A DNA stretch of 63,793 nt, the filler included, from Lenisia limosa (taxonomy: Eukaryota > Protista > Breviatea), in the NCBI GenBank assembly GCA_001655205.1. It is 11 parts of 11 records of this genome, joined end to end, with 100 filler letters (N's around TTAATTAATTAA, not from the genome) between each part and the next. Parts side by side here need not be neighbours in the genome. Positions count along the whole stretch, not along the records: positions 5,425 to 36,610 come from LPNZ01009409.1; positions 36,711 to 39,536 come from LPNZ01011584.1; 9 more parts are not named here. One strand, 5' to 3'. Position 1 is the stretch's first letter; each line of letters opens with the position of its first letter. Shown here one piece after another: positions 24,106 through 36,877 of this stretch. A program made the position numbers and the translations under genes. The notes below the pieces were generated by a model, which was given only the letters and a program-made list of their open reading frames with translations, did not search any database and was not told the origin of the DNA.

Positions 24106-27100
24106 ATGCAAAACCTGGTTGACAGCGGTTCTTGTGTTGATCCTCTTCGGAGCGGTACCTTCAACCCTCTCAGCTCCTATCTTTCAAACTTACAACAGCA
24201 GCGAGATGTCCAGCAGAACTCAATATCTGTAGGCAAGTAACTGAGTGTCTTCTTCTTTTTTCTATCAATTTTATTCAGTCTATTCTTCTGATTAGAATTT
24301 CAGCCAACTTTCCAAACATAATTGTTATGTATTAATACTTAATAGTGTTTTTTTTCTATTTCGCTCTCTTGTTAAGTGTAAAATGGAGTTACTTTCTCAG
24401 TCTCAAATGTCAACGTCACTTTTTTTAAAAAAACCAGTAACAACCATCCAGCCATTCCAGGGCATGCGAATACCCTCGGCAGATGACCGGTTTTTGGATT
24501 CAGGTGAGAGGCTCTCATAATTCTTGAAAAACGTCGTAGTCTGTTCAATCTTTGCTTTACTTAGATATTCAAAACACGTTTTTGAAGACCTATTTTTTAT
24601 GGGTTGTGATTATTGACTTCAGCTCGGATGGCGAGCGGTTCGTACTCCCAGGGTTCACTAAACCAAGCTCCTTCTGTTCCAATGGTCTGCTGGTGTCTAT
24701 ACATACATATAAAGTGACCGGGATAAATCTTGACCGCTGGTCACTGTATTTACATATGTACATAATATGATACTATATTGCGTCTTTTTTATCAATAAAA
24801 GCTGAAATTGGCCTTACAGCTCCATTCAACATCTTGTACTCCCATCCATTTTACTCCTCCAGACTGCGCAGTCACCCAGCCTTATCCCCTCCGTTCCAGT
24901 TCAAGGCCCTTCTTTTGCTCGAACTGTAGGGTCATTATAGGTTTTCAATTTGCTTCCTGTGTAATAATTATCGTAGAAGGACAAATAACATTCCATTAGT
25001 GTATAAAGCTGTATATATATACTAGTATATATGTATATCCAGCTATATATGGATATCGTATCATATGTACATTTTTTATCGAATGCTGTTGCCGCATTAT
25101 CTGCAATAGGGTGTTTGAAAAAGTATTTTTCCTGCAAAGAGTACTAAATGAAGATCAAAACCCTGCTCTTGAATTGTTTTTTTTTCAAGCTTACTCTGCC
25201 AGATACCCATGAGAACGCACATTCAGAGCCCCATGAACACTCCAGTTATGCAACCACCGCCCACTGCCCCGAGGGAAAAGGAAAAGGGTGTGTTTCGACT
25301 GAGCTGCACTTTGACAGTATTGGAAATATTGACATTGATTGAAAGTCCAGTCTTGAATGCACTGAGGGGGACCTTTAAATGCCCTGATGTTGGTGACTTA
25401 CCCCGTTAGTGTCAAGTCGCGAGCAGGGTGAACGATGGGCAAATGAGTTTTCGACGCAGAGTCGTCTCCAGGTATATGGAGGAAACATATGTTATATTGT
25501 ATCAATTGATACATTTCGGTGTTTTCATGGAAATGAGATATAATAAAAGGCATTTGTAGTGTAGAAATTGAAATTGGATAAGTATGTTGCCAAATATATT
25601 ATAGAATATCAATCATCTCACTACACCGTCACCACTAATTTTTTAGAGTGAAGCAGCAGAACTCTCGGCGAAGCTTCAGGCGGATCCCCACTTAAAAAAC
25701 AATATGCTCAACAAAATGACCTCAGCTGTAGGGGGGACGATTAGTGGTTCGTTTTTTAATAGAGAAGTTAGCTCGATAAGCAGTATTAGACATATGATAT
25801 TGTATTATGATATGTACTATAAATCGGTAGTATATCACGATATATCACGATATATCATATGATATAAAACTGTATGCAGAGAGTTGTAAGGCAAATGATT
25901 GGGTGAATTAATGTACAAATCAAGTGATGGTGTGGAGCTTCGGCCAGGTACAACCTTGTTCAGCACTAGCGATATGAAGATACAATTTTTGTTTTTAGTC
26001 AGAAATCATTTGACATTTCAGATTGCGACAAATGAAGCTCAGATTCAGGGGGGCGAGCTTGTAGATCGTAGGAGGGCTTGCTTCTGTGTGAATACTAGAG
26101 TCATATTCCTTCTATTGCTCCTAATCCCTTCCAGAACAAGGCAACACGATAGATGAGACTGATGATCTCGACTATGTTAGAGGTTAGTAGGCGAAGTTTT
26201 CTCGTTGGTCTGTCAAAGCTTCATTTCTTTTGCTCCTCCATTTTGTTTGTTCCCATGACGCCGCAGCCTTGGAGGCGGAAATGGCGTCGGAAGCCCTGGA
26301 TGCTGGCGACGCGTTCGACCTGAATGACCAAGAGTGGTTCGAGGACTTCGACGGCGGCTTCGGTGTGGGGTGTTTTTACCACATCCTGTTTTATCAAACA
26401 GTATTATCAACTTATTTTCTATTCTTGATTGACCAATTCAGAGGTGAATGCTGAACTAGCAGACCATCTTGGTGACGCTTTAAGTGGGTTGGCGAACTAT
26501 GTGGATTCTTCTACTCTGGCAAGCAGGCAATGGTGATAGATATTATCTTTTCGGTCCTTAGTACATCCTCTTTAGCCTGAGTGAAAGTGATTTCCTTTTA
26601 CCTTTTAGCTCGACAAGAGAAATTTGGGCAGTTTATTCAAAACAACCCGTACAGTCTTGTTGAAGACGCGTTGGCTCGTGGCAAGGACCTTTTCGATAGA
26701 GGGTAGGCTGCTTGTGGCCGATTCATTTTTTGGATTGTTATATTTTTTCAGAACTATTAATAACATCAAATATTATTTGCTATTACGTGATATTATACTG
26801 TCTTGATTAAACCAGAGCAACTTGTGCAAAAAAATGATTGTTCTGACCCTTCAGCTATTCTGTTGAGGCGGCACTTGCCTTCGAAAGCGCTGCCCAAAGC
26901 ACTCCCTCCAACCCCGAGCCGTGGTATCTTCTCGGCCTTGCCCAGTCTGCCAACAACAACGATGAGAAGGCTTGCCACTCCTTCCGTCAAGCCATCGAAG
27001 CGGACCACTCATACCTGCAACCGTATATTGAGCTTGCCACTTCCGCCCTGGTAAGCCCCCCCCCCTCTTCCAAGGCTCTTAGTTGCTTCCTCATTTAACT

Positions 27101-28680
27101 ACTTGAAATGTATTTTAAGTTATTCTGTGTTTTGCCTCTCGCTTTCTCTTTTTATCATCAAAAATGTTACCCATCACAGAATGAAGGGCGTATTAGCGAG
27201 GCTGCCACGGCTTTGGACACATGGTTACGGCATAACCCTAAGTACAACGCCGATGAGCTGCATCGAATTGCCAGTGACGAGTTAGACGCTCAGGAAAACG
27301 GCAGTGCTGATATCGACCCCTTTTTGTCCTTCTTCGACAGAGACTCGTTACTTGTTCGGTTGGCTGGCTTGATGGCCTTGCGATAACTCACTCAGTGGTT
27401 TCCTCTCCTTATATCCAGGCTGGAGCGAGTGTTCATAGCGGCCACTAAGCAGACAATGGAGCCTGACGCCGGGATCCAAATTGCGTGGGGGNNNNNNNNN
27501 NNNNNNNNNNNNNNNNNNNNNNNNNNNNNNNNNNNNNNNNNNNNNNNNNNNNNNNNNNNNNNNNNNNNNNNNNNNNNNNNNNNNNNNNNNNNNNNNNNNN
27601 NNNNNNNNNNNNNNNNNNNNNNNNNNNNNNNNNNNNNNNNNNNNNNNAATATACTGTCAACCTCAGATTGGAAACTAACTGTTCAGCCTGGGACTTGTGT
27701 ACGACATGCTTGGTCAAGGTAACAACAGCCTCGACTGCTTACAAAGGGCGGCGGTGGTCGAGGGCAATGTGGGCAAAGCAGGTACAATGAATGCTTGGTA
27801 TTTCACAACCACTGAATAGAAATACAGAAATGTGGTGAATAAGTATATATATATAGTAATGGACCCCTTATTAACGCCATTGCTATTATTAACACATTAA
27901 TTTTCAGTTAGATAATATTACATCTATTTTCTCTCTTTTTCACTTCATTTATTAAAATTATAACGCAAACAGAACGCCAGACTTTGGAACAGGGCAGGAG
28001 CAATGGCTGCAAACTCAGGCCACCCCGACCAGGCCCTTTCGAACTACTTCAAGGCACTCAACGCTAACCCAAAGTGGGCGATGTTCGATGTTTGGCAAAG
28101 ATTAATGAGGATATCTTGTTTAAGTCACTCTCTAGCTTCACTCGCGCCCATGTCAACGCAGCTTTCACGTACATTAACCAAGGAAACGCCAGCTCAGCAG
28201 CCCACCACTTGGCCCTTGCGTATGACCTCATTACCAACACCTCAGTGACTGAAGTTCGCGGGGGGAGGGGGAGGCTTGTTTCTATTTTTATTATTGTGCA
28301 ATTGTGATTTGGTTGTGATAGGTGTCACGCGAGATCGATCATGTCTTTTTTACGGATTTGGTTCCATAGAATGGAATGGGAATTGATTAAATGTGTTTTT
28401 GGTTCCTTAATTTATCTCCTAGGGTGGAGGGTCTGAGACTGAAGCGGGTATACTGCTGATGCTGCAGCAAGTGGCAATAATGGCTGGAAGGTTGGCCGGA
28501 ATCGTCATCACTCTAGTATCATATGAAAGGCTTCACATATTTCAATTCCTGGTGCCCCCTCTTAGTTCATTCATCATGAACACTCAACTTTTATTGAATA
28601 GGGAAGACCTGATACCGCGATTGTCACAGGGCCATGAGGCTATCCAAAATGTGGTCCAGCAAATCAGAAGCGCCTCGTAG
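24106..28680 (+). CDS. PEX5: Peroxisomal PTS1 receptor PEX5, multi-exon
   Basis: N-terminal MQNLVDSGSC...NPL with the conserved Cys; WxxxF motifs (WANEF, WFEDF); FIQNNPY; TPRs AALAFESAAQSTPSNPEPWYLLG and NRAGAMAANSG...FTRAHVN; stop at 28680. Confidence 0.9.
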
Positions 28681-29109
28681 TCCTGTTCTTTTTGTCTTGC
28701 TAGTGTTTTTGTTTGTTGTCTTTCTTTTCCTTTCTTAATAGGAATCATATTTATTTATAACTTTTCTGATATTCCAAAGTATTGATGATAAGGGTAAAAA
28801 AGATTCCATGGGGGTTCAACCAATATTCTATTTTCACTCACTTTTCCAATCGTTAAATTCTAAATTCTTCTTTGATGCCTTTTATGATATGATTATCAAA
28901 ATATAGCTAATTGAAAACGAATCAACTTACCATAGAAAGAGCTACATCATACAAGCTCATGAAATACCGTAGAAGCAAGACTATTTGCCAACAGAAAAGA
29001 CTTCAGCTATCAGCCCTTGAGGAGACAAAGACCAGTCCATTTGCTAGAGAGGGGGGGGGGCGTCATGGTAGAAATAGGGTGTGTCATCTTAGATCTAAAA
29101 ACAAAACTA

Positions 29110-31078
29110 TTACATAGAGAGGCGCCCAAAATAACGTTCTAATTGTGAAAACCACATAAAAACAAAACGAAGACTCACCCCACCTCATTTCCATTTCGAT
29201 CTATGATCCGCCAGTTGAGCACAAGACCGTCAAAATGAAGGCTATGCTGGTCGTCACAAGCCTCTGACCCGATCTTGTTGGAGAAGATAGTGCGGGGGTC
29301 TATCAACAGGGCTTGCTTAATGGCTTTCTTGAGGGATGTTTCCTAGGGTAGGATGATTACTTTTCGACTATCTTGAAAGAGAAGGTGTGATTTGCTGTCT
29401 CCCACATCATTTTTGTAGAGCTTTGACCTTTTGGAGTGTTTATCCAGAATTACGTTCACACAGTCAGCTATCACAACGTCACTGAAAAATTAGAAGCAAA
29501 TATTTAGAAAACACCAGAGAGACTGGGCACTGGTGTGTGAAAACTATCCAACAGTAAATAATAAGAAGAACACATTTGCTCACTCGAACTCATGATGGAT
29601 GCCTTGGTCCACCCAGGATGCCTGTGTGCAGTCCACAGCCTCAACGGCCAGGTAGGGCTTGATGTCCACAATCTGAACGCGTGGATGTCAAGACTGACAA
29701 AAAGAAAATGTCAGAAAGAATTATATGATATTGTCTCAAATACTATTATCACTGTGAACGGTTTATACCTGGCAAAAGGTTATTTTCATACTTATCTCAA
29801 ATTAGAGTGTCAAAAATTGTAACGGAGTTATCTATATAGCCGTCACTTTCACGTACCGGAGTGTCATTGATGAGGTCGAGGCCTGAGATCAAAAGATCAC
29901 CATTTGGGAAGACTGAAACCGTGAGAAGCGCGCTGTCGATGTTGCTATATACATATTTTACATATATAGCTACATACATAATACCTATGTATAATACATA
30001 ATACATATCATAGTAGCGAGAGTACACCATATTATACATACTATAATATATCATATGCATATAGTATATTTTATGTACCGGGAAGTCCAATTCAAAGACG
30101 TAACATTGCTCGATTAATCCTAAGAGAACTATAAATCAGACCTTGGGAACCCTCAGACTTTTTTCAATTTTGACTAGCGTGAGGCCAAGGGGATTGGGGC
30201 GATGAGGAGTGCGGCATGCAAAATGCCCTGTGTGATAAGAAAAAGTGAAGAGTGGCTGAAAATAGTCTGTTGGTGTGAGCTCATGCATACCAACTCTTTT
30301 GCCGTTAGAACGAGGCGGTACAACTTTGGCTTTAATTTCACCCTAGAATTGGTTATCCACCACAAATTCATTCCATTCTAATCCTCACACACACATCCGA
30401 TTTGGTAAACACAATATAGAACTTCACCTGATATACTTCTCAAAGTATTAAAGATCGAACTTAGGATTTTACCAAAAAAAAAGCGTAATTGAAGTTTCCT
30501 TGTCTGCACTGTCCCACCTTGTGCATATTTGTGTTGGTGTGGAATAAGAAGGTCAGCCAAAGATGGCTGTAACCTTCAAGACCATCGGTACTGTGCTTGC
30601 CGTTAACATCTAGATGTCAGACGCAGTCCTCATCATGGATACTCTATACTGGCCAAATTGGCAGATTTCTTGTGATATGATGATATTAGATTTCTTCAAA
30701 ATAAATATTTTTCTCCAAAAGAGACACACAGAATCGCAAACATTTTTCAAAACGAATTGCTCCCCTGGAAGCAGGAACAAAGGTACCTTGTCTTGGGCAT
30801 CCTAAAAGAGATAAGCAATGTGGGTTTGGTTTCTTGTAAAATAATATTGGTGTATTCCAGAGTTTTCTGAAGAGACTTTTCTGAAAAGGCAAACCAAATC
30901 TTCTCTTAAAGCAAGACTCCACTCTGCCAATGATCTTGATGTCTACTGTTTCAATGACGGGTTTCGATTTGCTTTGCCGGGTGCTCTCTTCATTCTTACC
31001 ATCAGTTTGTGTAGGTTTATTGAATATATACCCTAGAACTAGGCAGATAAGCCAGGCAATCAAGGCATAGAGGATCAT
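29110..31078 (-). CDS. TRMO: tRNA m6t6A37 methyltransferase TrmO/TsaA, multi-exon; 3' end approximate
   Basis: IGRVESCFKRRFGCPRQG, KAKVVPPRSNGKRVG, FACRTPHRPNPLGLTLV, LLISGLDLINDTPV and IVDIKPY are the TsaA/YaeB signature motifs. Confidence 0.9.
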
Positions 31079-31307
31079 GTGAAGGGGGTCAGCGTCCCCC
31101 GTAATTATTTCAAATTGGTTGGTGGCTACTGCAAGTGTGCAAGCAATCTAAAAAAGAGGCAGATGACAGGCAGCAGTCAAGCAGCAGTAAGCAGGGCTGA
31201 GTGCATTTTTAAATTCGTAAAATGAACTGAACTGAAGTCACCTATTTACTTTTATTTTGATTTCTGAATAAAAAAGGTCCCTTTTATACCCGTTTAAAGT
31301 AAACACA

Positions 31308-32462
31308 ATGCGTGGATCGTAAGCTAACCCTTTTATCATTCTTTTACTCTCTAGTTGCAAGTCTGAGCGTAAGGAACTTTTCTTCACCACTCTCTCTGAT
31401 TTCCTCACTGAGTACAAGCGCATCCTCCTCGTTGATGCTGACAATGTCGGTTCTTCTCAGATGCAGAACGTTCGGCGTTCTCTCCGTGGCCAGGCCACCA
31501 TCCTCATGGGAAAGAACGTAAGCAGATAATTGGAAGGAAGGGGAAAACTCATATTTTTAGACCATGATCCGTCGTTGCATCCGTGGTCTCGTCTCTGAGC
31601 GCCCCGAGTTTGAGCCTCTTCTCAAGCTCATCAAGGGCAATCTTGGATTCGTTTTCACCAACGAAGACCCCGCCACCATCAAGGACGTTCTCGACCAGAA
31701 CCGTGTTGAGGCCCCTGCCCGTGTTGGCTCTTTCGCTATGGTTGACGTTATCGTCCCCGCCGGTAAGCTTTTGGATTTTAGATATAGTGCACACTATGAT
31801 GATTATATAGATTCCCCTTCTGAAATCATGAAGATTAATCTGTCCAAATTGAGTGTTTTTGCCGATTTCTTGGATAATTTTTTATTTCTAATTTCGAATT
31901 GTTATCTTTTCCAGGTCCCACCGGTCTTGAGCCCACTCAGACCTCTTTCCTCCAGGCTCTTGACATTCCCTCCAAGATTTCTAAGGGACAGATCGAAATT
32001 GAGAAGGACGTCAAGCTCCTTACCATCGGTGACAAGGTCGGCAACTCCGAGGCTGCTCTCCTCAAGAAGCTCAACATCAACCCCTTCACCTACGGTCTTG
32101 AGGTTGTCCACGTCTACGACGAGGGAACCATCTACGGCGCTGAGGTCCTCGACCTTACCGACGAGATCATCTGTACTCGCTTCGCTGGCTACATCCAATA
32201 CGCTGTCTGCCTTGCTCTCGGTGCTCATTTCCCTACCGCTATGACTGTTCCCCACACCATCCGCGATGCCTTCAAGAACCTCCTTGCCATCGCCGTGGAG
32301 ACCGACTACGACTTCCCTCTCGCCGAGCCCGTCAAGGCTTACCTTGCCGACCCCTCTGCCTTCGCTGCTGCTGCCCCCGCCGCCACTGAGGCTGCTGCTG
32401 AGGAAGCCGCTGCTGAGTCCGAGTCTGAGGACGACGACATGGGTTTCAGCCTTTTTGATTAG
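31308..32462 (+). CDS. RPLP0: 60S acidic ribosomal protein P0 (uL10), multi-exon
   Basis: [70 protein letters not shown]; C-terminal [15 protein letters not shown]. Confidence 0.98.
31791..31856 (+). ncRNA. Intronic box C/D snoRNA candidate in an RPLP0 intron
   Basis: Stem ACAC/GTGT, box C ATGATGA 31796-802, D' CTGA 31820-23, C' ATGAAGA 31828-34, D-like TTGA 31849-52. The D' guide AGATTCCCCTT is complementary to LSU AAGGGGAAUCU. Confidence 0.7.
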
Positions 32463-32723
32463 GCATCTGTGTTTGCTCTGAATCATTGATATAATTATTA
32501 TGTCAACAACGGTTGTATTCCAGGTTTCTTGTGAATATCAAAAGGTCATTTTTAGTTTATCTTTCATAAATGCAAAAACGCTCCAAGTTTATCTTTCATT
32601 AAAAAACTCACGAAAACAGAGGTAAATGAGTGTAACGCATACGTTGGATATCATCAGTTGGCATTGATCATCAAGATCTGTTTTTATTCCAAAAAAAAAA
32701 CAAAAGAAAGCCTCCCTAAACAA

Positions 32724-35700
32724 ATGCCGCCCAAACAAAGTAATAAAGGAAGTTCTTCGAACAAAATGCCGAAGAAAGGAGGTAAAATGAAGCCTAAGAC
32801 CAATGGTAAAGGCAAGGCAAAGAAAGATGAAAGAAAGAAGCCGAATCCTTTCCAGAGGAGGGTTGTTGTTGATAAAGACACTTCAAAAATCCATAAATCT
32901 CTTTTCAAGAAAGGTAAGACTGCCGAGGAAAAAGAGTTAGAAAACATGTTGTTTGGAAGCCATTTTGAAAGTGACTCCATTGAGTATGCCCTTGGCCATG
33001 TCCCCGAGGTTTGTGAACTTGTTTGGCTTGACACTGTGTATAGGAGGCGACAGAAGACACCCCAGACGAGCAGGCTGGAGAGAAGACTGGTATGTCAGGA
33101 GGTATTTGTCACTGTTCAGATGTGGAGACCAAGGGGAAGACTGTTCAAGACAGGGCTCGTCTTGATATGATTGAAGCTTTTAGACAATATAGCGACTCAT
33201 CAAAAGGTTTTTTTTTTCCCATTTAATCAGTGGTAAACTTGTCACGGCACCCTTCTTTGTCGGTTCTGAAAAAACATCCATCAGAGAAGATCATTTCTAC
33301 ACTGGAGTTTGTGATCAGGCAGCATGATTATGCCTTTAAGAAGGGACAGGAGCTTGCTAAGTTGAGAGGTAATGGGGTTGGGGTGTTGACACAACTTATT
33401 GGGAGCTTTTGAATGCATCGGTTGCCAACCTAGTTTCCTTTTATGTTGCTTGTTCCTTTACGGCCCCTAGAGAAAGCCTTTTTGAAGCAAAGGAAGGAGA
33501 AGGAAAGGAAAGAGCTTGAACTAATTGGTGAAGATGTAGGGGAGGGGGTTCTGCCTCTTAGTATTTAAGAATGCACTTTACAATGACGCTTTTGTTTTCG
33601 TCACAAATGCAACTTGTTGAGCAATATTGTCGCCTTTTTACATCGCAACAACTCATACACCAGATTCCATCAGACTTAGAAAGTGACTATGAAGATGATG
33701 CCCGAGTGTTTGTGTCGCAGGTTTGCAGCTGTGTGATATAATGTCGAGTTCCTTTATTCTCATTTTTTTGTCACTCTTCAGCGCAAGAATCAACTCCGTT
33801 TGGACAGTGGACAAATTTCGATCACGCAAATGAAGCACGCCACAACCAAGAGCGCCAACGCAGCAATCAACAACGTTGAGTTCCATCCTGAAGTGCCTCT
33901 TCTCCTTGTCGCGACAAGGGACAAACGTCTTCAGCTCATTAACGTTGGTGTGGTCACTAGTCTTTTGGAGCTAACAGACCAGGATTGAAGTCTGTAGTTT
34001 AATCAAACAATGTACCCACAGCAAATATTATATTGATCCGTGTCATAACTAATCGCGATCACTGTACATATAATAGATGAGATATGATAATTCCAAGCAT
34101 ATTATGTATCATTTGAGCAAATGGAGAGAACATATTTTCGATATTTGATTCCCTTATCCTGAAAACGGCTCCTCAACCGGTTTAGGATGACGGAAGAAAG
34201 AACGCCATTCTGAAGACGATTTTCATCAAAGACTTCCCTATTTTGTCAGCGCATTTCTCAGGCAATGGCGATGAAGTTTGAGGATGCCGTTTGCTGCTTT
34301 GTGTCACCCCCCTCTCTCTTTGTGTAATAATAGGATGCGTATAGTCTGACACGTTGCAGGTCATCATGTCGGCCGACCGAGGCTCTTACATTGTTTACGA
34401 TATCCCCTCCGACGAGACTGAGCGTTACGCCAGACCTCATTGTGAGTGCCTTCCTTCTAGCTGTCCTTGCATCTGACCCCTGCAGTCCACAAGCATTTGA
34501 CATACCGCAACTTTGCCGCGTCTCCCAATGGCGATCTTATCGTGTTTTACGACTATAAAACTGGAAGAGTAGGGCGAGGGGGTCAGAACTATGGAGGCAA
34601 ATGATTGGATCACTCCTCAAGGCTTTTTCTCATTTCCCCTCGCCATTGTGTTACCCTGCAGCTCCAACTCGTTGATGCAAAGACAAAACGGTGGATCAAA
34701 GAGATCCGAAACGACTGCGAAATGGATCATGTTGCCTTCTCCGGCGACAGCTCTTTCTTCCTTGCTATTGGAGGTGGGGACTCTTTCTTCCTTGCTATTG
34801 GAGGAGACTTATCTGGTCATGAGATACATCACGATATATCCTACATTATGACTGGAGCTCACACTTCAGATGGACAGGTGTTCCACTTCGATACCGCCAC
34901 TCACGAGCTGAAGCACCGGCATGACGACTACGCCACGCTCAAGGCCTACTCCGTTGCAGTGTCACGTGACGGCTCTCTCTTCGCCACTGGGTGGGTCTTG
35001 GATAATTGTGCTCTATGCTCATCTCTTGGATAGTTGTGTTCTACGTTATCCTCAAGATTTACTTGAACTGACATTGTAGCGATAAGTCCGGTATGGTGAA
35101 TCTCTACCGCACTGCGGACGCTCTTCTCTCAGCCAAGCCCACCGTGAGATGGTTGATTATTTAGGATATTATTTGCTGCACAAATAGTATCATGTCATAT
35201 TACTGGGACACCCCTCAAAATAGCCGAGTTGGCCTTGTGGGAATTCTTTCTTTGTGACCACCTCCTCCCTTTCCATCACCCCTTTGCCTTCTATTTGATA
35301 TAATATAAATTGATTTTTACCTTCATGCTAACATTGCTGATACCCCCCCCNNNNNNNNNNNNNNNNNNNNNNNNNNNNNNNNNNNNNNNNNNNNNNNNNN
35401 NNNNNNNNNNNNNNNNNNNNNNNNNNNNNNNNNNNNNNNNNNNNNNNNNNNNNNNNNNNNNNNNNNNNNNNNCCCCGCCCCCCACAGCCGCTCCACGTGT
35501 TCAAGAACTTGACAACAGTTGTTGACTCCCTCGCTTTCAGCCACGACAACCAGGTAAGGGGGAGGTTTTTGGGTTATTAGGTTTCGTCTCAACAGTTGCC
35601 ATCATATTCAGTAAACAGTCCCCTTCACCCCTCCCCCAGCTTTTGGTTATGGCATCATCTCACGAGCGCAACGCCGTGCGTATTGCGCACACGCCAAGTC

Positions 35701-36031
35701 TGTCCGTGTACGGCAACTGGCCAACTGAGGTGTGTCTCATGTTCATTTACTTGGCGATAGAGCATTTGATGCTGACGGCTTTAGAAGGACTACTTGAACC
35801 GCGTGATGTCAATCGCCTTTTCACCAACATCTGGCTACTTAGTGCTTGGTAACAGGTTGGGAGGCTGGCTATTCTTTTGTTGCCCGAGTGAACATCTCAT
35901 TTCTTGTTATCATTGCCACATATAAACGTTATAGCTGGTGTCAGATTATTTTATGTTTCAAACCATCAAGCCACTCACACCGCAGTCATGGACTGGCGCT
36001 TCAATACCGCGTGGATTTCTACAAGGTGTAG
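32724..36031 (+). CDS. UTP18: U3 snoRNA-associated protein 18 (WD40), multi-exon
   Basis: Basic N-terminus then KTAEEKELENMLFG; INNVEFHPEVPLLLVATRDKRLQL; KTIFIKDFPI; ERNAVRIAHTPSLSVYGNWP; IAFSPTSGYLVLGN; GLALQYRV*. Confidence 0.85.
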
Positions 36032-36877
36032 GTGTAGTTCTTTTGTCGTTTTTTCATGGTATCTAAATCTATATGCATTCTTGTTTTTTATAATGCTCAG
36101 ACGGAATCACTATCGTGCTACCATGCCTCCCACACATCATCCAAGACAGTTGGACACAGTTAAAATAATTTGAATGAAATAAATATAAAATGCAAAAATG
36201 ATACCATTGAACTTCACGAAAAGCCCACAAACTGAAGAAACAAAGAAAAGAAAATAATAAATATCTTGAATTGAAGCGGGTCACATATGATGGTTCTGCA
36301 GCTCAGCCTTTCTGCCCTTCCGTGTCTGGCGTCGGTAAAGTCTGCGGCGAGTTGGCTCGTCATCCTCAACTGGCGTGCTAACATGGTGCGAGAGGTCCGC
36401 TGATGTTGCCTCCGTGCACTGCGGTTATCAGGATGATGTTGGAAGCGGGGGAGGGGGGTACAGCGTGTCCTACAAGAAATATCCCAAAAGATCAAATCCC
36501 CGTCCACAGCCCAGGTACCTCGAGAGTTGGTAGTTTGAAGTCAGAACTGGCCTTGAGAGACTCCGACATGGAAAAAAGACCCTGGGGGGGCACAGTACTG
36601 GTGGTACGTANNNNNNNNNNNNNNNNNNNNNNNNNNNNNNNNNNNNNNNNNNNNTTAATTAATTAANNNNNNNNNNNNNNNNNNNNNNNNNNNNNNNNNN
36701 NNNNNNNNNNTTCAGTAACGACCAGCCTGCCCAGGTCAGCTTCACCACCCAGAGAATGGCCGACTTGGCTGTTGTCGGGTTCAGGTGAGCGCTGAGTTGC
36801 CTTGTTTTCAACACTGTTGCTAAAATAACAACAACTAAAGATCAAAACCCTGCCTTTATGTGTTTCTAAAATCCACA

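Noticed and set aside
31902-32486. 194-aa minus-strand ORF
   Set aside because: Antisense shadow of the strongly codon-biased RPLP0 exon.
5381-36654. Lysosome/trafficking gene cluster (SFT2, CCZ1, RagC, AMFR, PEX5)
   Set aside because: They are interspersed with unrelated housekeeping genes and show no shared motif; consistent with chance.
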